The notes under the pieces: model-generated
Databases searched by the model: none
The model's input: the letters and a program-made list of their open reading frames with translations, nothing else
What the model was told of the DNA's origin: nothing
Assembly (NCBI GenBank): GCA_944372335.1
Contig: CALVYQ010000002.1
Span: forward strand, 90,409-154,408
Reading direction: 5' to 3'
Source: an uncultured Clostridia bacterium
Lineage (GTDB): Bacteria; Bacillota; Clostridia; Christensenellales; UBA1242
DNA length: 64,000 nt
Made by a program: the position numbers and the translations under genes
Part shown: piece after piece, positions 26,001 to 41,000 of the stretch
Position numbering within the stretch: the stretch's first letter is position 1
Layout: the number at the start of each line of letters is the position of its first letter

Positions 26001-29000
26001 GTTGTGACATATCCAACATTTGACGGCTATGAAATTGTTGGTGGAGAAACAGGCACAACAATCACAGTTCAAGATGACAGCGAAAATGCTAACATAAACA
26101 CAGTCAACGTTTACTATGATCCAATCGAATACACTGTTGAGTATTTAAAGAACAACGGAGCAATCACAGTTGACGGCTCGGCTACTTATACTATCGAAAC
26201 AGCAATCACTTTGCCTACTATTGAAAGAGAAGGATATTCTTTGAATTATTGGCACGCAACAGAAGACTCTGGACAGAAAGAGGACGACTCTTACGCTTGG
26301 ACAACAACCGAGCAGATTCGTGGAACAAGCATTCCAGCTGGCAGAATTGGCAATGTGACCTTGCAAGCTGAATGGTCAGCAGGTGACAACAATGTTACCT
26401 TCCAAGTTAATAACCTTTCAGTTACAGGTGACAGTACGGCCATCTCCGGCGAAGAATACACTGCAACCTTAAAGGCAGAGCTAGGCTATCTTCTTCCAGA
26501 CACCATTCAAGTTAGCATAAACGACGAAGAGTTGACAGCTGGCGACAGTACCTATACATATAGTAGCGAAACAGGCGTTATCACAATCGTTGGTGGTGCG
26601 GTTGTTGGTGATATTGTAATCACCGCTAACGGAGTTGCTGATAGATTTAAGGTAACCATTAATCTTAATGACGCAAACTTCGGAAAAGGTAGCACGAATG
26701 CAACTGTCAATATCACAACAAAGAACGATGTTGATGGAACTACAAGTGCGTTAAGCGTATCAGGTGGACTTATCACTCTCTACGCTGTATATGACGGAGA
26801 TTATTCTGTACTCTACACGAGTGAAGATGGCAATGAGTATGTCAGCCTTGCAGACTTCACAGCAACAACGGTAAATAGAAAGGGCTATGATTTTGTCGGC
26901 TTCTATTCAACAAGCTATGATGCAGACAATGTTGCAAGCGGTGCTGTTGTGGTTACAGCTTCCACTTCTTTTGCAACGGCAAACGACACAACTGTCATCT
27001 ATGCTTACTACACAGCTCATGCAATCACAATAACACTTGAAGCTGGTGAAGGTGCAACAGTAACAAACAGCACTGTCTATGTTAAATTTGACACTCAAAC
27101 CCTTTATAGTGTAAACACAAGCGGAGTTTTAAGCGGAGAGGTTAATCCAACGGCAAATAGACCGGGCTATGATTTTGAAGGCTTTGTGAGTGGAGAAGAA
27201 ACAGTTATCTCAGAGGCAGGCGTTCTTCTAAATGCTTGGATAATTGATGAGAACACCACTCTTACAGCAGACTTCACAGCAACACCTTATCAAATAACAT
27301 ACTCTGCTGGAACGGCAAGTGGTGTAACTCTTCCAAGTCAAGTGACAGTAGATTATGACATTGAAAGCAAATACACCCTTGCAGGTGCAACACGTGACGG
27401 TTATAACTTCCTTGGTTGGAGACCTACCTCAAATGTTGGCTTGATTGGTGAAGTATATACTTGGTCAACAAGCGAACTCTATGATGAGGACACTCCTGTT
27501 GCAGGAAAGTATGGCAATGTGACACTTGTAGCTGTGTGGGGTGTAATTCCATACACAGTAACCTACACTCTCAAAGCTGGCGAAAGCTTTGCAAGTGGCT
27601 TTGAGGCTACACAAAACTATGATATTGAAAGCGAAGAAAATATTTACGGCGTGACATCGATAACAAGAGATGGCTATACTCTATCATCATTCCGTGTTTT
27701 AAGTGAAAGCGTTGGCTCTTGGACAGAGGGAGCGATTGTCGCTCTTAACACAACCCTTACAGGAAAGTGGGGGAATGTAGAGTTAGAGGCGGTTTGGACG
27801 GCTGGAAATAACGATGTCGATGTTACAATCACAAACGCAACGCATAACGCTCCAATAAGTGTTGATAGTGGTGCTGAGCTTACCTTCACAATCACACCAA
27901 ATGCTGGCTACAGCTTGCCAACAAGCTTGACGGTTATGATAAATGGAGCTGAAAGTGATGAGTTCACATATCAAAACGGCGTTGTTACAATCGGAGAGAA
28001 TATTATTAACGGCGATGTGGTAATCACAGGCTCGGCTGTTGCTAATAGCTACGATATAACTGTAAATGGCGTTCATGCTCTAGTAAGAGTCGGAACAGAA
28101 GGCGAATATGAAACAAGTGCAACCTATAACGCAACAACAGGAACATCTTTCACAGTCTATGCTCAAGCAGTTAAAGGCTATGAAAATGTGACATTCACTG
28201 TTGAGGGCTTAGCAACTGTTACACCGCTAACTGAAAATAATGGAACATACAGTGCAGTTATCTCTGGCTTCACAGCATCATTCACAGTTACGGCAACCGC
28301 TGTTCCTATGAATAACAGAGTGACCTTTGAGCTTGAGAACTTAAATAGAGATTCTGGTGCAGATAATGTAAATACAGACGCTCCATACACTGCAAAACTC
28401 AGTGCACAAAATGGCTACAGTCTCCCAAGCGAAATCACAATCACAAATGGCACAGAACCACTTATAGCAGGTGAAGATTACACTTATAACGCTGAAACAG
28501 GTAATATTTCAATCAATGCAAATATTATCAATGACAATGTAACTATTGAAGCAAGCGGTGTTGCAAATAGATACATGGTGACCTTTGACCTTAATGACCA
28601 TGCTTCTGGCAACGGCTCAACAAACGTTGAAAGCGTAACTGTTGGTGATACACAACTCACCATCGCAAATGGCAACATCGAACTCTATGTGACCTACAAC
28701 ACAACCTATGCTACTCTATATGTTCTAGGTGAAGATGGCGGATATACTGCAATCGCTTATGATGACTTTGTAGATGCAATTTCAAGACTTGGCTACACAT
28801 TTGGTGGCTTCTATCAAGAAGAATTGGCAGTAAATGAAACACCTACAACCTCTCCAATCTCTTCTGCAACTCTATTTAAAACATGGAACCACACAACCGT
28901 TGTGTATGGTTATTGGACAACAAATGAAAACACTCAATATACCGTTATCCACAACATTCAAGGCTTTGGCGAAAGCGATGAGTTTGAAGCAACCATCACA

Positions 29001-32000
29001 AGAACGGCATACGGCGAAACGGACACAAGTGTTCAAGCGGCACTTTTGACAGCGGGAGATTTCTTAGGCGAAGGCTTAGATATTAACGGCTTTAATATGC
29101 CTGTTGTTCAAAATGTAACAATCAGTGCTGACGGAAATGCCTCTGTAACCTATCTCTACACAAGAAGATACTTTAGTTTGACCTTGATTGCAGGCACAGG
29201 CGTGGCTTCTACAAGTTACACAAGTGGTAATTCTAGTGGCCTTGCAGATGGCTATGTTTACTATAACGATAGCGTGACCTTAGATGCAACTCCAGCCACA
29301 GGCTATGAGGCTCCTATCACATGGAGTAAGACAGCAGACGTCACAACAACGCCAGATATCACAGGCAACACATTCACAATGGGCGTTGGTGAGGCAAGTT
29401 ACACTGCAACCGCAACCGCAAGAAAAATCACAATCACATTAAATGCAAACGATGGCGGATACTTTGGAGATAACTTACCTACAACACAAAGCGAAGTAAC
29501 CTATAATGAACTTTATGGCGATGCACTTATCACTCCAACTGCGAAAGACGGCTATACCTTTAGAGGTTACTACACAACTCTAATTCCTGCAGACGGAGAT
29601 ACATCAACTGCAACTCCAATTACAGAGAACACAACTGCTGATATTAACACTCTTGACCTTGAGAATGGCACAACCTTCTATGCATACTACACCATCAACT
29701 CTTACACTTTGACAATAAGATATCAAAAGGCTGATGGCTCTGAGATAGCAGAAACTCACACAGAATCTGTTAAGTTTGGTGCAACATATACAGTTCAGTC
29801 ACCATCAAATATCAGAGGTTACTACACAGAACAAACAACAGTTACAGGCACAATGCCAGCAGATAACCATAAAGTTATTGTGACATATTCACCTAAGACA
29901 TACAACATCGTGCTTAACTCTAACTTCCCTAGTGCAACGGGAGTAAAAAATATAACTGACACAACTCAAACAGCTACCTATGATGCAACATTCACTTTTG
30001 ACACAATGGCAACCTTGATTTCAAGAAATGAAGCTTGGAATCTTGCAGGTTACACCTTCCTAGGTTGGTTCAGTGACCCAACAGACGAAGATGCTCAACA
30101 TTATGCAAATGGTGCTTCAATTGACCCATGGAACTTTGATGGACAAGATACCTATAACTTCTATGCTAGATGGGAAGCTCGTGGTGATGTTAAATATACG
30201 GTTAATTCCTATTTAATGGATACAAACGGCACAACCTACACTATGACAAGTGATGTTCGTGAGAGCTTTGCTAACAGCGGAATCGTTGTAAGCTATGATG
30301 GTTCTGGTAACCCAATCATCAACAGCAAGCCATATCCAAACACAGGCTTTACCTACGACAATACTCAAGGCACAGATTTAAGTGAAACCTTATATGTAAA
30401 TGCTGATGGCACAACTGTTATTGAGCTTTACTATACAAGACAAGAATTTTTAATCACAATTGTGGCAGGTGAGGGAACAACCTTAACCGGTGCGAAAACT
30501 GATACTTACTACTATGGTGAACAGATAACAATCAATGCCAGCGTTCAAGACGGCTTTGTATGGAACGGCTGGACAGCAGAAGGCAACAGTCCAACGGGAC
30601 TTGTTCAAGGTGCAAGCGGACAACAACAGCAGACAATCACGATAGGACTTGGCACAGCGACAATCACTGCTAACGCAACAAGAGACATATATCAACTTAC
30701 AATCAATCCTAACGGCGGTGCATATAATGGCAGTACGGAATTACAATATGTAGAAGGAGCATTTGAATCTACATATACTCTATCCACACCTACCGACTAC
30801 ACCGGCTACACCTTCACAGGTTGGAAATTGACAGCGGGTAAAGGCGAATTCATCGGCTCATTGGAGACAGGATTTAGTTTTAAGTTTGCTGATAGTAATG
30901 CAACCATACAAGCTCAATGGGAAGCAAATCGTGTGGCTGTGACAATCAATGCAAATGACCTTACCGGTTCAACAAGAGCTAGTTTAACTCTCACAACAAA
31001 GAATGATACAGAGAGTGGCACAAGTGGAACTACTGTTAACTTCACAGATAGCAAGCTTACAGTCTATGCGGTATTTAACGGAACTTATGAGAAACTCTAT
31101 ATAAGCGAAGAAAGTGATGAATATATCTCACTTGCAGGTTTTGTAAATGAGTCAACTATAACAAGACCGGGCTATAACTTTACAAACTTCACTTTGAATG
31201 GCGAAGTTATCACAAGTGACACTAAGTTTGCAAGTGCAACACCTATTGAGTTACTTGCTAATTGGACAGCTAAGACCTATAGCCTTACAATTGTTGAAAA
31301 TCCTGAGGGTAAGGTGACAGTTGAGGTTGATAAGACTGCTGAAACTGACGGAAGATATAAGGTGGCGTTTGACAGCTCGGTTACCTTGACAGCAACTCCA
31401 AGCGAAGGCTACATGTTTGCAAACTTCTCTTCAAGTGGAGTGCTTTCAACAAGTGCAAGCTACACATTCTCTTACACAACTGTAGGTAATATGACAATCA
31501 CAGCGAATGTTACGGCAAATCCATACACTATCCTATATAATAACAACGGTGGTACAGGCGAAATCTCAACAACTTCTGCTACCTATGATGAGCCAAGAGC
31601 TATATCAAGTGGAGCGGGCTTCTCTAAGACAGGCTATACATTGACCGGCTGGACTTTGACACCAAACGGCACAACAAGTAATGTACAACCTATCGAAAGT
31701 CTTGATGATATTGAAACAGCAGGCCTATACAGCTTTGGCGGAACAGTTTATGCTTATAATCTTGCTCCAAGCGGAAGCGTAACAATCTATGCCGTTTGGA
31801 CAGCTAATACTTATAATGTCACAATCGACGAAAAGGGCGGAAGCGATATATCTGACCTTAGCAGTGTTGTCTATGATGATATTATTGCAATCGAAGGCAC
31901 TTCAACACGAGATGGCTACACCTTTATGGGTTACTCGTTTGAAGATGACAACGCAAGTGATGTTCAAGAAGTCACCGAAGAGATGATAAGCGAATATGAC

Positions 32001-35000
32001 GGACTTAAAGAATACCTACTTGGCGAACATTTAGGCAGAGGTATCTATCTATATAATGGCACTTACTATGTATTCAACCTTACTTCAACAAATGGCGGAA
32101 CTGAAACAATATATGTTGTTTGGAACGCTCACAATGTCAATGTAAAGTTTGAATACTATCTTGAAACACTCGACGGCGAGTTTAGACTAGATGGCGATCA
32201 GGTATTTAAAGATGAAAATCTTGGAAATACAGTAAATACCAGAACCGAGCAAAGACTTACAGGCTCAGAAGTAAGCATCAGCGTTGCTTATTACGAAGGC
32301 TTTACTTATAGTAGAGGCCATGAGGGTGAAGTTCTTTCCGCAACCGTGGACGGAAACGGCGAAACAACCCTTAAAGTTTACTACACAAGAAATACTTACA
32401 CTGTGAACTATACAACTCCTCAATTTGGTGTTGAAAGTGTGACAGTTACTGGCGCTGTGACTGCAAGTGGAAATACATTCAAGTATAACGAAGAAGTTAC
32501 AATCACATCTACCCTTAGTAAGGGCTACACATTTGGTAGGTACACATATGGCTCAGGAGATTCTGACTTCTCAGCACAAAACCCATACACATTTAATATT
32601 AAAGAAAATATGAACTTTGATATCACAGTCAATGCTGGTGGAGCAACCTTTAAGGTGGCATACTATGCCGAGAACCTTGACGGACAAGGCTATGCACTTG
32701 TTGAAAATGTTGACACCAATAGCTATTCAGGAAATGTTGACGATCTTATCACCAAGGAAGTTCTTGAAGGTTTAGGTATCTCCTTCGAAATGACAGGATA
32801 TCTATATGACCATATTGACGAAGGTAAGAGAATCACTGCTGACAATAGCACAGTTGTTGGAATTTACTTCAATAGAGATTACTTCACTTTGACACTCACG
32901 CGTGTTGCTGGTGTTAATACACTTACTGCAAGCGGAACTTATGTCGGCGAGGGTGTGGTAAGCGGACAATCAACCTCTTATGAAGTTAAGTTTGGTGCAG
33001 ATGTCACAATTTCCTATACACTTGCAGACGGATATGCATTCAAGGCTTGGAGTTCAACTCTTGTAACTGTTGGCACAAGTGAGACTCTTTCTGGCACTGG
33101 TACAATTGATGAAATGCCAGCAGAAAATCTCACAATCAACCTTGAAGTAACAGGATTGCCATCAAGCTTTAAAGTTATCTTCATGTTTGAAACATTCACA
33201 GACAATGTATATTCGGCAACCGATGAACTACATGCTAGTGGTGAAACACAAGTGATTAGCAAGGAAATTGGCGGAAACTTTGTTATAACTGGCGAAGAAA
33301 TTGACAGCTTAGATGAATTTACTCTTAACACCTTTACTGGCTTCACATATCATGACTTTGAGAAAGGCAAGATAGTTGCAGCTGATGGTTCAACAACCGT
33401 GATGGTATATTTGAAGAGAAATCCTGTAACTATCAATGTAACACTTGGCGCAGGCGTTCAAGACTTGACGCTCAGCGTTAATGAGAAAGAAGGAGCAATT
33501 GAGGGCGAAAATGACTACACATTATCGCAAGAATTTGATGCTGACGGCGAAATGGTGGTTAAATTTAATGCTGATGTAACAATTACCTATAATTTGTTAC
33601 CGGGATATGAGAACATCTCCTTCACAGGCGTGACTGTTTCGGGAGATACCTTTAAAGTTCCTGCAAACACTGTTAACCTTGTAGCTTCGGCTGAGACAGT
33701 TGAGACCACAATCACCTTCCACGGCGAAGGCGGAACGCATAATTTAGGCGGTGATGATAACACAACTTATACTCAAGAAAACGCAAAATATCTATCTCGT
33801 GTAACGCTTATGTCTAATGCATTCACAAGAACGGGTTATGCTTTTGAGGGTTGGGCAACAGAGGACTCTCTTGAAGAAGAACTATTAGAAGATAGAGTTG
33901 TTTACGATAATGGTGAAATCCTTGAACAATATCCATTCTATTCAGATCTCGACCTATATGCAGTTTGGAGCAACAACACTTATACCATTACTTACAACGG
34001 AAATGGCGGAAGTGTGGCTCAAGCTGAGGGCGATCCGATAACTGAGATTGACCACGAGGGCGAAGTTGAGTATGACACGGCTGAAGCACTTGTAGCTATA
34101 ACCACACTTGGCTTTACAAGAACAGGTCACAGCTTCGACGGCTGGACAACTGTAAGCGGTGGCACAACAAGTGAAGCGCAAGAGGTTGATAGCTTAGATG
34201 AAATTGTAACAAATGGCATCTATCGCTTAACAACAGACGGCACATATTATGCATTTAACCTTGCATCAAATAAAGGTGACAATGTCATCCTCTATGCAGT
34301 ATGGCGTGAACATACCTACACAGTTACTTACAATTCTAACTACACAAGCAAAGATGCAACAGATGACACTTATAGTGAAGAAGATAATACTTATAACTAC
34401 ACTGAACGCTTCAACGCAGTTTCTATCACAGACACAGACTTTGCTCTCACAGGTTATCACTTTGTCGGCTGGAATACTGAGCGTGACGGCTCTGATAGAT
34501 GGATAAGTGAGAACGAAGAAGTTTGGAGTTTAACAAGCGAAGATAACGGAGAAGTTATACTTTATGCTCAGTGGACAGCAAACTCTTACAGCATTGCTTA
34601 TAATGGCAATAGTGGAAGTGGAGAAATGACAGCAACTCCTGCTACTTATGATGCTGTTGTAGAATTATCTCCAAATGAATTTGTTAAACCTGCATACACG
34701 TTTGCTGGTTGGACAACAGTGAACGGTGGAACTACAAGTGAGGCAACCTTAGTTACATCTACCACCGAAATCAAAACAAGCGGACTTTACTATATTGTCG
34801 GCGAAAACGGCGAGAGAACCTACTATGCTTACAATTTAACTGCCGAGGCAAATGGCACAGCAAATATCTATGCTGTTTGGACGGCAACATCATATAACAT
34901 CACATATCTAGCTAATAACGGAACATTCGGTGCTAGCGTAGTAGGAGCAGAGAGCGGAGAATACATCTTCCCTTACACAATAGAAGACGATATTACATTC

Positions 35001-38000
35001 TTAACCGACATCTCACGTGAGGGTCATACACTTGTTGGTTACACGATAAGTGGTAACAGCACTTGGACGGGCGTATTCGGCGGAGAGGTGCTCTTTGAAG
35101 ATTATGCTGGATATACAAAAGGCACACTCTATGGCAATGTTACCTTAGAGGCTAAGTGGCAGATTAATTCTCATAAACTTACAATTAACTATGTTTATGG
35201 TGATACTGATCATCCACATTACAATGAAATAATAAAAACTTACAGTAATAGCTATAACTATGGTGCTACATACTCTATCACATCGCCAACAGACATCACA
35301 GGCTACTCATGCAGTGCGGAAGATGCAACAATCACTGGCGTTATGCCTGATGAGGATGTTACTGTAACCGTTTACTACTATGCAAAAGAAATTACAATCA
35401 CCTTCAATTATATGGACAGTGTAGCATCTCCTGCAACTAAGTTTGAATATGACAGTCTTGTTGTGAGATATGACTATGCGTTCTCGACGGCAAAAACTCC
35501 TGGCGATGACGGAGAAGTTGTAGGTCTTGTTGATGGCTATCGCGCTGGCTATGACTTTGCTGGTTGGTGGACAACTCAAAATTATCAATCAGGAACACAA
35601 GTTACAGACACTGATATAGTTAACACAACAAATAATATTAAGTTGTTTGCAAGGTGGACACCTAGAACAGATACTGACTACATCATCAACCTTCTATTTG
35701 AAGAGCTTAACACTGAAAACTATTCAATCAATCCAGATTATGCAGAAGCAATAAGCGCAGAGGGCACAACTGATGCAGTTCCAACCGAAGAGGCAATCTT
35801 AGACTATATCAATACAAAGTATCCTACCATTGTTGGCTTCACTTATGCTGATAGATTTGATCAAACACCAATAAGTGTAAATGGAAATACTGTAATCAAT
35901 GTTTACTTCGATAGAGATTATAACAGCTTGACACTTACTGCTGACTACGGCGTTGAGAACTTTGACGCTAAGTATGATACGACCGTTCACACTGGAGATG
36001 TTGAGTATATAAGAGGCTCAAATGGCTCGTTACAAGTAAGATATGGCACTACAATTGTACTTAGCGTAACAGAGCGTGAAGGCTATGAATTTACTACCTT
36101 TACGGCAACCGGAATTGAGCCAGCCGATATTGTGGATAACAAATTCACAATGATTGATGGCACTGTAACGATTAACGCTGGAGCTAGCGCAAGAACTTAC
36201 GAAATCAGGTACTACAGCAACTATAGCCTAGAAGACGCAAACTATAAAACAGCAACAGGAACCTATGCTCAGACTGAAACGCTAAAAACCGCCGAAGAGC
36301 TTAGCTTTGAACTTTCTGGTTATGGCTTCCAAGGTTGGGCAACCTCTCGTGAAGGTGGCGTAAAATATGCAGGCGGAGAACCCTTCAACATGAGCGGAAC
36401 ATATCAAGATGTAGTTGAACTCTATGCGGTTTGGGAAGCTGGAGCAGTTACGCTCACCTTCACAACAAGCACGGGTATCGACAGAAATAACATCTTAGTC
36501 TATGTAAATGACAGCGAAGAAGGCGTTTCAATTGACAATATTGGTTCGGTAAAATATGATGATGTCATCAAGGTTGATATCACAAATGCAGTGATGGCTG
36601 GTTATAACTTTAATAATTTCGTTGTAAACAGTGAACCACAAACGACAGAAGAACCAAATGTTTACACCTTTACACTTCATGGCAACACAACAGTAGAGAT
36701 TGATGCAACTCCTAAGACGGATGCTCAACTTAAAATTATCTATGTAACAAGAAATCTTGAAAACACCGAATTTGTAGTTAAAGACGAACAAATCATCGGT
36801 GGCCCAGATTCAGGCTTAGCAATTGCAACTGGAAGACCTATCACAGCTGAGTTTATGGTGGAACTTGGAGTCATCGACAGTGAAGATGGTGACGATAGAT
36901 ATGAAGGCTTCTATTACTCATCAATAACCAACAATTTACAAAATGTAGCAAGCACGGAATTCACTGTTATCTACAATACTAATATTGCAGAGAGCGAAGA
37001 GGGAACTTATACAACTGTTTACATCTTATATAGACGCCATATAAGACTTCTTACCCTTCAAACTGAGGGTGATGGCGTTGTAAGCTTTACAGCAACAGCG
37101 GAAGGCTCACCTAGTGACAATGTTGCTCCACAAGCAGAACAAGGTCAGTACAGAGTAACCTTTGGAACAAGCGTACGCCTTAACCTTGACTTAGAAGATG
37201 GTTATGTGCTTGACAGATTTGAAGTTAGCGCAATCGAAGCAGTTGGTAATGTCGAAAATCTCGCAGGCGCTATCGACTTAATCGCTCAGGAAATCGAAGA
37301 GGGTGTGATTGGGTATTATAAAGATGCTGTGGCAGATGATAATCTCCTATTCACAATAACCGAAGATGAAACGGGCTATATTCTTGAAACAATGCCAAAT
37401 TACAGTGTAAGCATCAAGGCAATAACAAAGGCAATTAACTTCACTGTTCAATACCATTCTAACTATGTCGCAGAGGGCGGAGAAACGGAAAAGATTTCTG
37501 AACTTGAAACCTGGACATATAATGTGGAAGGAACAATCAAGAATATCACTAACAGCACATTCGCAGGTTGGGCAAGAGCTGGCTATGAATTTGTTGGTTG
37601 GGCATACACCACTGACAGCGGAGTAGTATTCACATTTGCTGACGAAAATGACTTAGCACATAACTTCGACTACGAAACAATTGCAACTTATAACTTTGAA
37701 ATCAATCTATATGCAATTTGGTCGGCTGGTGATGTCGAGTATATAATCAACTATTATAGAGAAGATTTGACAACAGGCGAATATGTAATCCTTAAAGACC
37801 CTGTATCTAATACAGGCAAAGTTGGAACAACTGTTCGTGTTCCAGAGGAGGAAGCTCCGACAGGTTATAGACGCAATGACGGTGCATCAACCTTATCAAA
37901 AGTTCTTACTCCAACAGATAATGTTCTTGAAGTTTACTATGACCTCATTGTTAGCGAACTTACAGTGACGGCAAACAATGAAAATATTACAAATATTTCT

Positions 38001-41000
38001 GCAACAAGTAATCAAGCAGGCTTTACAGCTGGAACATTTGAAGATGGCGTATATACTGCAAGCATTAAGTATGGTGCACTAGTCACATTGTCAGCTAGTG
38101 CTAATGCCGGCTATAAGCTTGGCGATTGGAGTGTTGTAAGCGGTGGCATCAGCATCCCTGAAAACTCCTTCACAATGGGCTTAGTTAATGTTGAAATTGA
38201 GATTGATGTTGAATATGAAACATACATCTTGACATTCAACGGCAATGGCGGAACTTACGACAGTGGTGACGGAACTATGGTTAGCACACCATACACGCAA
38301 GAGTTCTATTACACTCAAATAGCTAACTTAACTGAAAACAAGTATAGCTTAGAGGGTTACACCTTTGGTGGTTGGTCAATCACGAAGGCTACCGAGCCTG
38401 AAACTTATGCTGACGGAGCAAGCTTCACCTATGATGTTACAAGCAATCTTGAAGCTACTGCCATTTGGACGCCTAACACAAATACCTCTTATAGCATCGT
38501 TGTAAGCATACCAAGTGCAACTGAAAATGAGAGGCTTGAGGTAACCGTTCCAATGACAGGCACAACAGCAAGCGAAATCACAGAAGACGAGGCTTGGGAA
38601 GCTCTCAATGATGCTCTTGACGACTTCAACATAACCTTACCAAGTGCGGAGGACGGCTTTGAGTTTGTCGGCTTCACAGAAGGAGCTCCAACAATTGGTG
38701 CTGACGGAGAAACAACTGTTCATGCAACCTTCTCAAGAAAGAATCTTTCCTACACCTTCCGTACAGCTGATGCAGGAGTAGAACGAATCACAGTGACCTA
38801 CTATTCAGTTCAAGAAAATACTGAAAAGAGTGTGGAAGTGACAACTGACCCTGTGACAGTTACAGATGTCGCATTTGGCGTTGATATAACAATCACTCCA
38901 ACCTTTGCATCTGGATATGAATATGGCTTAATCACAGCTTATAGACTTAACGCAGAAAGTGCAGAAGAGGCTGTTAACACTTGGACTTATGAACAAACAA
39001 CAAGTGGTGCTATTACAACAAATTCTGGCGTAGAAAGCGGATTCATATATGAAGTAAGGGCAGAAACTGAAACATACAAACTTATCTATCATGAAAACTT
39101 CAAAGGTAGCGAAGTAAGACAAGAAGTCGATATAACCTATCTTGGCAGAGTTGATATCCAAAGCGTATTTGCTCAAAATGGATATACTCTTCAAGGTTGG
39201 GCAACAAGCGAAGACGAGCCATTAGTTAAAGTTTATGAGCCAACAGACGTGATAGAAGTTTACGATACAGCGGGCGACTTACATCTCTATGCTATGTGGA
39301 CACCTAACTCTTACACTATAAGATATAACGCATATCTTGATGAAAGCAACGTTCCAATGGAAAGTACTCCTGCGATATATGATGAAGTGGTAGAGCTAAG
39401 AGCAAATACCTTCACAAGAACAGGCTATCATTTTGTAGGTTGGGCAACATCACAAGGCGGAGATGCAGTGTTCTCAACAGTCGCTTCTGTTGATGAAATT
39501 TTGACAGCAGGCATCTACTATGTAACAAGCGAAGATAAATACTACGCTCTTAACCTAACAGATGTCGATGGTGGAACTGTTCCACTCTATCCTGATTGGG
39601 AAATCAACACTTATACTGTAAATATCCATATAGATGAGGATAAGACGAAATCTATAAGTCTTGGCGAATTTGAGTATAGTGAGAATGTCACTATTCCAGC
39701 ATTCACAGATGCTCGCTTTACAGATTGGATAAATGATGGCTATGAGTTCAACGGCTGGTATTACTATGTTGATGAAGTTAAGACTCCACTTGACGCTACA
39801 GCCGAACAAGAACTATCAGTATCTATGCTCACCGATGTTGACGGCGGTGTGATTGACATTTATGTTAATTGGACAGAGGGTGAAGTTGCCTTTAAGATAC
39901 TTCTTCTATATCAACTTCTTGACGGAAATTATGATGAGTCGATGTTATCATCAGACAACTACACAATGTTAACAGAGATAAATGACGAGCCACTTGTTAT
40001 GGAAACAGGTTCCATCGTCACACCTGAACAAATCTATAATAACTACATTCTTGGTAATGTTGAAGTTAAAGATGGCTTCACATTCGATAGGGACGAAGGC
40101 GACCAAAGCATTGAAATTATGGCTGACGGTTCAACTACTGTAAATCTATACTTCACAAGAGATAGAGTTGACCTATATATCAACGTTGGAGACGGATTAG
40201 ACAGTGCTGGAATTATTTGGAAAGACACAAATCATAATTATGTCGGCCGTGAAGAAAATGGCGAACATTACACCGTTCTTCATGGAGACAGCGTAACGCT
40301 TACAGCAGTACCTTCTGCCGGATATGAAAATGTCGAATTTACAAGCGGAGATATAGAGCTTTCAGGTACAACCTTTGTAATGCCATTGAATGAGCAGATG
40401 AGAGTAACAATCAACGCTTCTGCTACTCCTAAGACAGACACGCCTTACACAATTGAAGTATATTTGGCAAATGAATTGGGCGTTTATGGTGATGAGGCAA
40501 CTTACACTACAACAGGTGAAGGCACAACAGATGAGGCAATTCCTACTGAAAATGCAAGAGCAATCATTGAAGATGAATTTGACCTATCAACCTATCATTA
40601 TAGCGAATTTAGATACGGACAAGATGAAGAGAGCGAAGATATAACAACAATTCTAGGTGATGGCACATCGGTTATCAAATTCTACTATTTGAGAAATGAA
40701 TATGCAGTTTCCTATGAAGTTACTTATCCAAATTCAATCAATGCTCTTCCGGCTAGCGACTATGTCGTGTTTGGCAATACTGTTCAGGCTACATTTACCA
40801 TTCAAGCGGGCTACACTTTTGATAGCATTACAGCAACACGTCCACAAGATGGCGAACTTGAAGACGAAGTGCTTAGCGATTTTGTAATAGTAACTCCTCC
40901 TGAGGAAGGAAGCACAACCTACACAATCAGCTTCACAATGCCAGCTCACAATGTCAATATTAGCATAAACACAACAGCTAATACTGACACTGCATATAAA

